This document shows, one piece after another, positions 1 through 7,793 of a stretch of 64,000 nt of DNA; within the stretch, counting starts at the first letter, position 1, and each line of letters begins with the position of its first letter. The notes below the pieces were generated by a model. That model made no database searches. It was not told the DNA's origin and saw nothing but the letters and a program-made list of their open reading frames with translations. This stretch comes from an uncultured euryarchaeote (GTDB lineage: Archaea; Thermoplasmatota; Poseidoniia; Poseidoniales; Poseidoniaceae), in the NCBI GenBank assembly GCA_937899865.1, contig CALBRH010000055.1, positions 1 to 64,000 on the forward strand, in the 5' to 3' direction. The position numbers and the translations under genes are program-made.

Positions 1-531
1 CTACAGTTTCAGAAGCATCGGTAGGGAATGCATCAGCATTATCGCCAACTCCATCTCCATCAGTATCTGCTGATTCTGTAGCATCATTTGGCGCCCAATC
101 TGAGTTGTCGCCAACACCATCTCCATCAGTATCTACAGTTTCAGAAGCATCGGTAGGGAATGCATCAGCATTATCGCCAACTCCATCACCATCAGTATCT
201 GCTGATTCTGTAGCATCATTTGGCGCCCAATCAGAGTTATCACCGACTCCATCTCCATCGGTATCTACAGTTTCAGAAGCATCATTTGGAAACTGGTCTG
301 TATTGTCTCCTACTCCGTCTCCATCAGAATCTGTTGTTTCGGAGGCATCATTAGGGAATGCATCAGCATTATCGCCAACTCCATCTCCATCAGTATCTTG
401 AGTTTCGCTTGAATCATTAGGGAATGCATCAGAATTATCTCCAACTCCATCTCCATCAGTATCTTCCCATTCATTTGGATCATTAGGGAATGCATCATTT
501 TGATCGCTATATCCATCTCCGTCAGTATCAA
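1..531 (-). repeat. Coding tandem repeat: 66-nt (22-aa) TSP3 units, with near-identical 132-nt doublets
   Basis: ctacagtttcagaagcatc recurs at 1, 133 and 265 (period 132). Units translate as D[TS]DGDGVGDNxDxxPxDxxE. Confidence 0.9.
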
Positions 532-1006
532 CAAATTCTGGAATCGAAACACTGACAGTATTCCATACATCGCCACCGGACCCAGCCCCGTTAGCATTTA
601 GTACTGCAATATTAACCGTTACCGCTCCACTTCCCAAGGCTGGTGGTGACCAGTCAAAGGTCCAAGATGTTGCTGATTTACTATTGTGAGTGATACTTAG
701 GCCGCTAATTTGTGAATTCGAATCGGGATTAGACAAAACTCCATCACTTATCTGTAACGAATATCCACCAAAAGACCCGACTCCGCCACCGGAAAATCCA
801 ATATTGATTGAATAAGTAGCTACCGATGAATCATATTCGGCAGGGAAATTGTGCGTTGGGGTAATACTGTTGGAAGAGCCTCCATGGCAGCCACATCCGC
901 TAGTTCCGGAATTGTGTTTTCCTGAAGGGTAACCATCTATTGCAGGAATCATTGTCAATAAAATCAGCGAACAAAATAACAAAACTAACTCTCTACGCTT
1001 AAACAT
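1..1006 (-). CDS. Secreted protein: signal peptide, Reeler/choice-of-anchor-V-like N-terminal domain, then thrombospondin type-3 (Ca-binding) repeats; 3' end runs off the window
   Basis: My translation from ATG at 1006: MFKRRELVLLFCSLILLTMIPAIDGYPSGKHNSGTSGCGCHGG...WTFDWSPPALGSGAVTVNIAVLNANGAGSGGDVW..., then repeated DTDGDGVGDNADAFPND units. Open to base 1. Missing from the ORF track because there is no stop in the window. Confidence 0.9.
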   Translation of the reverse strand, partial: MFKRRELVLLFCSLILLTMIPAIDGYPSGKHNSGTSGCGCHGGSSNSITPTHNFPAEYDSSVATYSINIGFSGGGVGSFGGYSLQISDGVLSNPDSNSQISGLSITHNSKSATSWTFDWSPPALGSGAVTVNIAVLNANGAGSGGDVWNTVSVSIPEFVDTDGDGYSDQNDAFPNDPNEWEDTDGDGVGDNSDAFPNDSSETQDTDGDGVGDNADAFPNDASETTDSDGDGVGDNTDQFPNDASETVDTDGDGVGDNSDWAPNDATESADTDGDGVGDNADAFPTDASETVDTDGDGVGDNSDWAPNDATESADTDGDGVGDNADAFPTDASETV

Positions 1007-1079
1007 AGTATCAATTATCCCTGTTTTGATTTTGTTATAGTGATTGTGGATTTAAGTTTAAATTCGAGATTGATTTACA

Positions 1080-1322
1080 TCATTTGGCTGAATTTAGAAT
1101 ATTTCCAAAGGAATCTCTTTTTACCTTTCGAATTTTGAGGACAGGTAGTTTATTCTTTTTTTGGCCTGAATGCAAAAAATGTCTCTCTGAGTATCCAACC
1201 AGTGGCTTAGACTTTCTAATACCAAATGGGCCTCGAGATTTCGGTTTTACTGATTGCCTTGATTTTCTAACTGGTGCTGGTAAATCGGGAGTAGTAATTT
1301 CGTCAATACTCCAGTCGACCAT
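1080..1322 (-). CDS. Small basic hypothetical protein (80 aa, MVDWSIDEITTPDLPAP...)
   Basis: Fills the gap between the GPx gene and the TSP3 gene in a genome with very short intergenic spaces. Lys/Arg-rich. Start moved from the track's 1397 to the ATG at 1322 to avoid overlapping GPx. Confidence 0.55.
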   Translation of the reverse strand: MVDWSIDEITTPDLPAPVRKSRQSVKPKSRGPFGIRKSKPLVGYSERHFLHSGQKKNKLPVLKIRKVKRDSFGNILNSAK

Positions 1323-1362
1323 GTTACTAAATTGAAGCACTTGGTATAAACGGTTGTTTAAC

Positions 1363-1818
1363 TCAAACGATTTCTTCTGCTGATGTTTGAGGTGCATAAC
1401 GAGTTATTTCACCTTCCAAATCGATAATGAATTTTTCAAAATTCCATCTTATTGGACCGACATAACCATCTAAATCAACTACTGCAGTCAAATGTTTGAA
1501 CAGTTCTGCTTGATTGCCACCATTAACTTCTATTTTTGCCATTAAGGAAAATGTAACTCCAAATTTATCACTGGTAAAATCACAAATTTCTTGATGAGTA
1601 CCTGGCTCTTGTGAACCAAATTGGTTACATGGAAATCCAACTACGGTTACGCCATTTTTTTCCGACACCTTTTGCAATCCAGTGTAATGCTTTGTCAATC
1701 CACAAGCACTAGCGACATTTACTACCAACCACTTCTTGGTATCTTCTGCTCCAAGACTCCTGAGAGTTTGGACATTATCATCCATGTCATTGAACTCAAC
1801 ATCTAGAATACTTGCCAT
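1363..1818 (-). CDS. gpx: Cys-type glutathione peroxidase family protein (probably thioredoxin-dependent)
   Basis: Motifs VNVASACG (peroxidatic Cys, TGT codon), GFPCNQFGSQEPG and WNFEKF; EICDF is a candidate resolving Cys. Confidence 0.92.
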   Translation of the reverse strand: MASILDVEFNDMDDNVQTLRSLGAEDTKKWLVVNVASACGLTKHYTGLQKVSEKNGVTVVGFPCNQFGSQEPGTHQEICDFTSDKFGVTFSLMAKIEVNGGNQAELFKHLTAVVDLDGYVGPIRWNFEKFIIDLEGEITRYAPQTSAEEIV

Positions 1819-1883
1819 GAAACAACGTAGATGTTCTGTTCCTTATAGTATCGTTTAGCATTAGCAATCATCATAGATGTCGA

Positions 1884-2645
1884 ATGTCTCGAATAATTAT
1901 GGCAGTTGACCGCATGCAGTGGGGTGCGGAAGAATGGCAATTTGCAGACTTATACATGCCTGACGATGATTCACCATTTGCTTCTGAACATGGAATACCT
2001 TGCATAATGCTAATCCATGGAGGTTTTTGGAAAACTAAATACGGTTTAGAATTGATGAAACCTATTGCTGAAGATTTAGCTGAAGCAGGTATTGCTGCTT
2101 GGAATATTGAATTCAAAAGATGGAGTGACAATGAAGAAGGTGTATGGATGGATACTCTATCGGATGTCTTACGTGCTTGGGGACAGTTAGCGCTACTTCC
2201 TCGAATCGATATTATGAGATCGATGGTGATGGGTCATTCTGCTGGAGGCCAATTGGCACTACTATTGGCTGCAAAAGCAGAGAGAAAACCATGGTTAGCA
2301 ATTGCTCAAGCTCCAATTACAGACTTAATTGGTGCAGATCATGCTAAACTATCAGACGAAGGGGATGCTGTTAGAAAATGGATAGGTTGTACTCCAGAGG
2401 AAGACACAAAACTTTGGTCAAACCTTAACCCAGTCGATAACATTCCTATTTCACCGGTTCTAATAATACATGGAGAAGAAGATGACGAAGTCCCTCTCTC
2501 CCAATCTGAAACCTATGCTAGAGTAATGAGTGCTAAAGGTGCTGATATCCAAAAAGTCTGGCTTCCCGGAGACCATTTCTCAATTATTGATGCCGCTAGC
2601 GATGATTGGTTGGTTCAACTCAATGCTATACTTGATTGGTTCTGA
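1884..2645 (+). CDS. Alpha/beta hydrolase, HSL/arylformamidase-like
   Basis: HGGFW oxyanion motif, GHSAGG nucleophile elbow, HGEEDDEVP (Asp), GDHF (His). Confidence 0.85.
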   Translation: MSRIIMAVDRMQWGAEEWQFADLYMPDDDSPFASEHGIPCIMLIHGGFWKTKYGLELMKPIAEDLAEAGIAAWNIEFKRWSDNEEGVWMDTLSDVLRAWGQLALLPRIDIMRSMVMGHSAGGQLALLLAAKAERKPWLAIAQAPITDLIGADHAKLSDEGDAVRKWIGCTPEEDTKLWSNLNPVDNIPISPVLIIHGEEDDEVPLSQSETYARVMSAKGADIQKVWLPGDHFSIIDAASDDWLVQLNAILDWF

Positions 2646-2683
2646 TGGAATAATAATATGTCATATGACCTATTGGCTCAATC

Positions 2684-3499
2684 ATGGACTTGCTCAATCA
2701 TAGTTTCCCATTTTCAAAAACTGCCCTTAATGGCAAGCATGCACTTATCTTCGGTGCAAGTAAAGGAATCGGGGCAGCGACTGCAAAAATGATGGCTATG
2801 GCTGGAGCAGATGTCACTTTGTGTGCTAGAAATTCTGAATCTCTAAAACGGGTAAAAGATGAGATTGAAACATTTGCAACAGGTAGAATTTCTTTTAGGA
2901 ATGTAGACTTAGAAGAGTTGTCAGTAATTGATGAAATCATTGATGAAATTACAACTAATTTAGGCCCTGTGCACATTCTAGTGAACAATTCGGGTGGCCC
3001 ACCTGGTGGCCCTTTACTAAAAAATTCAGTAGAAGATTTCGACGCACCATTTACTCGTCACTTACATGCTGCACATAAAATAACACAAAGATTAGTCCCC
3101 TTAATGGAATCTGAAGGCTTTGGTAGAATTATCCAAATTATTTCGACCTCTGTGAAGGAGCCAATCCCTAACCTTGGGTTATCAAATACCCTTAGAGGCG
3201 CTATGGCAAGTTGGTCCAAGTCATTATCAAGAGAATTACATCCTTGTATCACCATCAATAACGTCCTACCTGGTTTCACCGATACTGAAAGATTAGGCAG
3301 TTTAGCTGAATCAATTAATCAAAAAACTGGTAAATCAATCGATGAAATTCATGATGGATGGATGGGGCAAGTACCAATTGAGCGCCTGGTTGACCCACTT
3401 GAAACCGCTTCAGCAATTACTTTCCTTGCATTACCTTCCTCAGGAGCAATTAGAGGAGTATCATTAGCAGTAGATGGTGGCAGACTACGTAGTATCTAA
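2684..3499 (+). CDS. Short-chain dehydrogenase/reductase (SDR)
   Basis: GASKGIG Rossmann motif, NNSGGPP, STSVKEP, LSNTLR (atypical replacement of YxxxK), NNVLPG, VDGG. Confidence 0.9.
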   Translation: MDLLNHSFPFSKTALNGKHALIFGASKGIGAATAKMMAMAGADVTLCARNSESLKRVKDEIETFATGRISFRNVDLEELSVIDEIIDEITTNLGPVHILVNNSGGPPGGPLLKNSVEDFDAPFTRHLHAAHKITQRLVPLMESEGFGRIIQIISTSVKEPIPNLGLSNTLRGAMASWSKSLSRELHPCITINNVLPGFTDTERLGSLAESINQKTGKSIDEIHDGWMGQVPIERLVDPLETASAITFLALPSSGAIRGVSLAVDGGRLRSI

Positions 3500-4462
3500 T
3501 CACCGATACAAGTCAAACCATACAGGATAATGGTCAGAAACATCTGTATCATCAACCGAAGTATCAATACCCCACGAGCCCACTAATCGCCCGTTTAGAT
3601 CTCCAAGTGTAACGATTCTATCATAAGCACAATCTGTTGAGGAAACTGTTGTATCTGCAAGGTCATTAACCAACCAATTATATTGTGGTAGACGCATTGG
3701 TGACTCCCATAATTCTTGTGAGTTAGCATAACTGCAATCAGCGTTGAAATCTCCAAGAATAACTAAATCGGTTTCTGCTGAATTATTCTCGCGGTAACTC
3801 TCTACCACGTCATGTAGTGAATTTATCTCTTCAAGGGCTAGTGCAGGTTTGGTATGAACAGTAAACAAAGTAAAGTCGAATCCTGAACTATTACCACTCT
3901 CATTGAGTAATTCAAAAGTTGCAATATATGGCTCACGTTGGAAATAATCTCCTAGTGAATCATTGTATAACTGACCTTGACCGACTTCACGAAATACGGA
4001 TGTATTGTAGTAGTAAACATACTGCTCTTGTGATGATTGGTCATCTTCTTGAATCCCACTACGTGGACTCAAAGACATATTCCAAGTATTTTCTGAGACA
4101 TTATTAATCTCATCTAAGAAATCATAGGGCACTGTTTGATCAATATCTTTCACTTCTTGAACTGCGACCATATCATATTGCAAAACTGTATCAACTAATT
4201 GACTAACAACATCTGGTTTACCCATTTTTGTCTTGCCAAAAACCTTGATATTGAATGTAGCAATTCGAGCGACCTCTGAACGATTTAATTGTGGAATCTC
4301 CCTACCACCTAATTCATCTTCACCTTCGTCTTCTGATTCAGTCTCAACATAAATAAAAACAGTATTTTCCTCCTTGTGAACAATTAGGTGAATAGTCATT
4401 GGAGCGAGAATCAAAATCGCAACTAGACTCAATGCTTGGAGGTAGCCATCCATTGAACCCAT
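3500..4462 (-). CDS. Membrane-anchored DNase I-family endonuclease (EEP fold)
   Basis: N-terminal hydrophobic helix, then ATFNIKVFG, VQEVKD, FQREPY, VHTKP, GDFNADCSY, DCAYDRIV and SDHYPV, which together form the DNase I catalytic set. Confidence 0.9.
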   Translation of the reverse strand: MGSMDGYLQALSLVAILILAPMTIHLIVHKEENTVFIYVETESEDEGEDELGGREIPQLNRSEVARIATFNIKVFGKTKMGKPDVVSQLVDTVLQYDMVAVQEVKDIDQTVPYDFLDEINNVSENTWNMSLSPRSGIQEDDQSSQEQYVYYYNTSVFREVGQGQLYNDSLGDYFQREPYIATFELLNESGNSSGFDFTLFTVHTKPALALEEINSLHDVVESYRENNSAETDLVILGDFNADCSYANSQELWESPMRLPQYNWLVNDLADTTVSSTDCAYDRIVTLGDLNGRLVGSWGIDTSVDDTDVSDHYPVWFDLYR

Positions 4463-4547
4463 GACCAGTCGACTAATGATTGAGTTATCAAGATTTATTG
4501 TAAAACACCTTGGAAGAGGTTATTCATGAGTTACAAATGGCGCAGTC

Positions 4548-5384
4548 ATGAACGGAGAAGTCAGTCAAGAGCAGGCAGAGAAAATAATCGCCATGCTAAC
4601 TGAAGGTGGTGCAATAGAAAATGTCAATGCACCACTGGCGTTGAGGCTAATCCCTTTGGCTGAAGAATTAGATAACATGGAACTTGTTGAGAGATTACTT
4701 GAACATGCAAATTCATGTGCTGCTGACGAACTTGAATCAGGATGGGTTAAATTCGAGAGATTGCGATATGATAATTCATCAATTGACAACTTCGTTGAAT
4801 TGGCCGCTATAGCTGAGAAAATAACTGACGGTAGCCCACTTGCCGCGGCGGTTCTCCATCACGTAGGACTACTATACCTTGGTGCTGAACAATATGATGA
4901 TTGTCAAGTATTTACAACTCGTTCAATGCGAATTAGAGAAAAAATTGATGACAAAGCAGGTTTAGTTTACAGTTTGGCTGTTTTAGAAGCCTGTGACAAG
5001 CGACAAAATCAGCATGATTCTGCATTGATTCATGGAACTCGCAGGTTAGAGCTCTTGACGAATCTAAATGATCAAGAAGGTTTGATGGAGTCTCTTGCTG
5101 ATGTCGCCCATACCCAAGCAACATTGGGCTCATTTGATGCTGCAATTGATTTGTATACTCAATCTCTTGAGTTGTCAAATGAATTAGAAGATGTATCTGG
5201 CCAATTTGTCGCACGATGGGGCTTAGCTGACATATGTGAAATACAAGGTGATTACCAAACTGCTATGCTTCACCTATCCGATTGTCTACATTCATTCATC
5301 GCATTTGGCCTTCCAGCACCAATTCAAATTCGTCAACGTCTTGATGCTTTAACCAAATTAGAAGCCCCAAGTGAAGAAGAGTAA
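4548..5384 (+). CDS. Tetratricopeptide-repeat protein
   Basis: Repeated TPR-like helical pairs, e.g. ESLADVAHTQATLGSFDAAIDLYTQSLEL and ARWGLADICEIQGDYQTAMLHLSDCL. Confidence 0.7.
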   Translation: MNGEVSQEQAEKIIAMLTEGGAIENVNAPLALRLIPLAEELDNMELVERLLEHANSCAADELESGWVKFERLRYDNSSIDNFVELAAIAEKITDGSPLAAAVLHHVGLLYLGAEQYDDCQVFTTRSMRIREKIDDKAGLVYSLAVLEACDKRQNQHDSALIHGTRRLELLTNLNDQEGLMESLADVAHTQATLGSFDAAIDLYTQSLELSNELEDVSGQFVARWGLADICEIQGDYQTAMLHLSDCLHSFIAFGLPAPIQIRQRLDALTKLEAPSEEE

Positions 5385-5436
5385 TTATCCACAGCGATTA
5401 TGGTCTATGTACTACTCGCAGAAACAGTGGCAAGCC

Positions 5437-6684
5437 ATGAAGCATGACATTTTCTTCTCGATTAGTCAAACACCTGATGTTAATGGTGTTACTCCGACTG
5501 AGAGAAAAATGTTCGAAAACTATTTCCAACAACTCAAGCATGCAGACAAATTAGGATTTGGTGTTGGGTGGATTGCTCAAGCACACTTGTCTACTGAAAC
5601 TCAAAAATCAAATTCAATGCCAGTAGTACCGCATTGGCAAGGGGAAGTTGGCCTCTGTACTGATTTTCCTCAATTGGCTATGGAGAGTTTTCGTCAGACT
5701 CAAAACATTGATATCGGCTCAGCAGTCATTAGTATATTGGCTAGTGGCGGACCTATTGCACAAGCTGAAAGAATCGCAAATACTGTCCAATTTCTTTCGA
5801 TGTTAAATGACAACCGAAAGTTGCATGTTGGTTTTAGTGCCGGAAGATTTGAATTCATGGCAAGGCCTTATGGAATTTCACCAAGAAACTCTTGGGAAAG
5901 TGCAGCATGGAAAGCACTTAGAGGGCAAATCTTCCTTGAGGCAAGTGAAATCTTTCTTAGATTATTAAAAGGTGAAATAATCTCAAGTAGTCAAATTAGA
6001 AAGACCATTTTAACTAGAGAAAATTTTCGAAGTGATGAGGATTGGCAGGCAGTTCAAGAAGCATACCTTGCGGAAAATGATGAACAAAATATAACATCAA
6101 TTACAATTCCTAACAGATATAATTTCGAAGATATTTCCATCATACCTAAACAGTGGAATCGTTCACAACTACAACTTGTCGCTGGAACACATGACTCCAA
6201 AGCACAAGAATTCGTTAATACAATTTTGCCAGTTAGAGTTTTTAATCTCTCAATAACATCTCCTAAGATCATTGATGAAACCCACGAAAGAATGATGAAA
6301 AATTATCATTCCGATGGAGGAGAATGGGAGCGCAGTTATATGCCAAGAACTAGTTTTGTATTCATCAATGATGAAGAAGGTTTGACAAATGAACAACAAA
6401 GTCAAGCCGCTAATGTTGAAGCAAAGGAAGCATTACAAGCATATTGGAATGCATTAGAAGGAACTATCGATCCCGAAAAAGTTTCCAAAGCGGCTAATAA
6501 TGCGCTGATTGGCAATCCTGCTGAAGTAGCAAAACAAATTGTCGAAAGATTCCATCCCGATGACACGATAATGGCATGGTTTGATTTCTTCAATCATGAC
6601 TCTGAACGAGTTTGCCGCAATATGACTGCATACATGACAAAAGTTGTTCCAATGGTAGAAAAGATGCTGGAGGAGTTGATATGA
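5437..6684 (+). CDS. Luciferase-like (LLM class) flavin-dependent monooxygenase/oxidoreductase
   Basis: Start MKHDIFF resembles the typical LLM N-terminus. ADKLGFGVGWIAQAH, TQNIDIGSAV, LHVGFSAGRF and ALIGNPAEVAKQI match the bacterial luciferase fold. Confidence 0.8.
   Translation: MKHDIFFSISQTPDVNGVTPTERKMFENYFQQLKHADKLGFGVGWIAQAHLSTETQKSNSMPVVPHWQGEVGLCTDFPQLAMESFRQTQNIDIGSAVISILASGGPIAQAERIANTVQFLSMLNDNRKLHVGFSAGRFEFMARPYGISPRNSWESAAWKALRGQIFLEASEIFLRLLKGEIISSSQIRKTILTRENFRSDEDWQAVQEAYLAENDEQNITSITIPNRYNFEDISIIPKQWNRSQLQLVAGTHDSKAQEFVNTILPVRVFNLSITSPKIIDETHERMMKNYHSDGGEWERSYMPRTSFVFINDEEGLTNEQQSQAANVEAKEALQAYWNALEGTIDPEKVSKAANNALIGNPAEVAKQIVERFHPDDTIMAWFDFFNHDSERVCRNMTAYMTKVVPMVEKMLEELI
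6669..6673 (+). promoter_or_regulatory. Shine-Dalgarno GGAGG for the asparaginase-like gene
   Basis: GGAGG lies 7 nt before ATG 6681, which overlaps the LLM stop (ATGA). Confidence 0.6.
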
Positions 6685-7793
6685 GTTCAGAAAAAATACC
6701 CTCTGCAGTGCGTGAAGGCAAACCGGGAAGTTCAATGTATCCTGAATCATCGCTTGGAGAAGCGGTTGAAGGTATTCCTACTGGACGAGATGTCGATTGG
6801 GAGCCATTAGTTGATTATCGTCGAAATGGAGTTTCAGAAACTACAATTCATGGTGCAGTTGCCTGGGCGCATGGCGAAGAAGTAATACACTCATTTGGCG
6901 GCAATGTTCTTTGTTATGGAAGGTCCATGATGAAGCCATTTATGCTCAAAGCTTTCACTGAAGAGTTACAAGATGCGACTTGGGAGCAAAAAGCAATTGC
7001 AGTTGCATCACACAATGGTGATACTGAACACGTTGCTACTGCTCAATCTTTACTTTCAGAAGAAGAATGGCCTTTGATGTTGACTCCTCTTGATGTACCT
7101 TTAATTCAATTTGGCAGGCAAGTTCGCCGGCCAAGAAGATGGTATCACACATGCTCTGGAGAACACTCTGCCATCCTACATGGCTGTAGAAAAAAGGGCT
7201 GGAATCGCGCAGGTTATACATTGCCTAACCACCAAGTCTTCAAAGCTTATATGGAACAAATACGCACATATCTTGGAGATGACTGGAAGCCACTTCGAGT
7301 AGCAAAAGATGGTTGTGGCTTGCCTACTGTATCCAATACCGTCTCTGAACTTGCTCAAATCTATGCTGGTCTTGTTAGAGACAAAGATGATGATTGGATT
7401 TGGGAAGCGATGGTTAAACATCCAGATTTGGTAGGTGGGTTCAACCGTCTAGACTCAACTATATTGAAAGCAGGTGAAGGTAAGGTTATCGCTAAAGAAG
7501 GGGCTGATGGATTGCTTGGATTAGCTATTGAACACCCTGATTATCCAAAAGGATTGGGTGTTGTAATCAAGATTGCACATGGCTGGAATTCTCAAGCAAC
7601 ATGGTATATTGCAAGAGCTGTACTGGGCGTCCTTGGCATTGATTTGAGGAATCCATATCCTTTACACAGACAAAAGGCATTTATCGTGCCTGGTATTGTT
7701 CCACCAAAATATGTCAAATCACTAGGGGACATAGATACATGGGATGAATGGGATCCTGACCGTGATAGATGGACTTATGATATCGAGGTGTGA
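6681..7793 (+). CDS. Class 3 (Rhizobium-type, asparaginase II family) amidohydrolase with an altered Zn motif
   Basis: GRSMMKP (Arg-Ser-x-x-Lys), ASHNG, HTCSGEH (canonical NCSGKH), DGCGLP, HPDLVGG, AKEGADG. Confidence 0.85.
   Translation: MSSEKIPSAVREGKPGSSMYPESSLGEAVEGIPTGRDVDWEPLVDYRRNGVSETTIHGAVAWAHGEEVIHSFGGNVLCYGRSMMKPFMLKAFTEELQDATWEQKAIAVASHNGDTEHVATAQSLLSEEEWPLMLTPLDVPLIQFGRQVRRPRRWYHTCSGEHSAILHGCRKKGWNRAGYTLPNHQVFKAYMEQIRTYLGDDWKPLRVAKDGCGLPTVSNTVSELAQIYAGLVRDKDDDWIWEAMVKHPDLVGGFNRLDSTILKAGEGKVIAKEGADGLLGLAIEHPDYPKGLGVVIKIAHGWNSQATWYIARAVLGVLGIDLRNPYPLHRQKAFIVPGIVPPKYVKSLGDIDTWDEWDPDRDRWTYDIEV

Noticed and set aside
1-531. Tandem DNA repeats as a possible CRISPR array
   Set aside because: There are no unique spacers, the period is a multiple of 3, the repeats encode DxDGDG units, and no cas genes are present.
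105-597. Track ORFs 105..401(+) and 310..597(-) with repetitive sequence
   Set aside because: They are antisense and alternate-frame shadows of the TSP3-repeat gene (1006 to <1, minus).
880-900. GCGCH as a heme c attachment site
   Set aside because: The spacing is CxCH, not CxxCH; it is more likely a disulfide or metal motif of the N-terminal domain.
1700-1712. Possible selenocysteine in the GPx
   Set aside because: The active-site codon is TGT (Cys) and there is no in-frame TGA.
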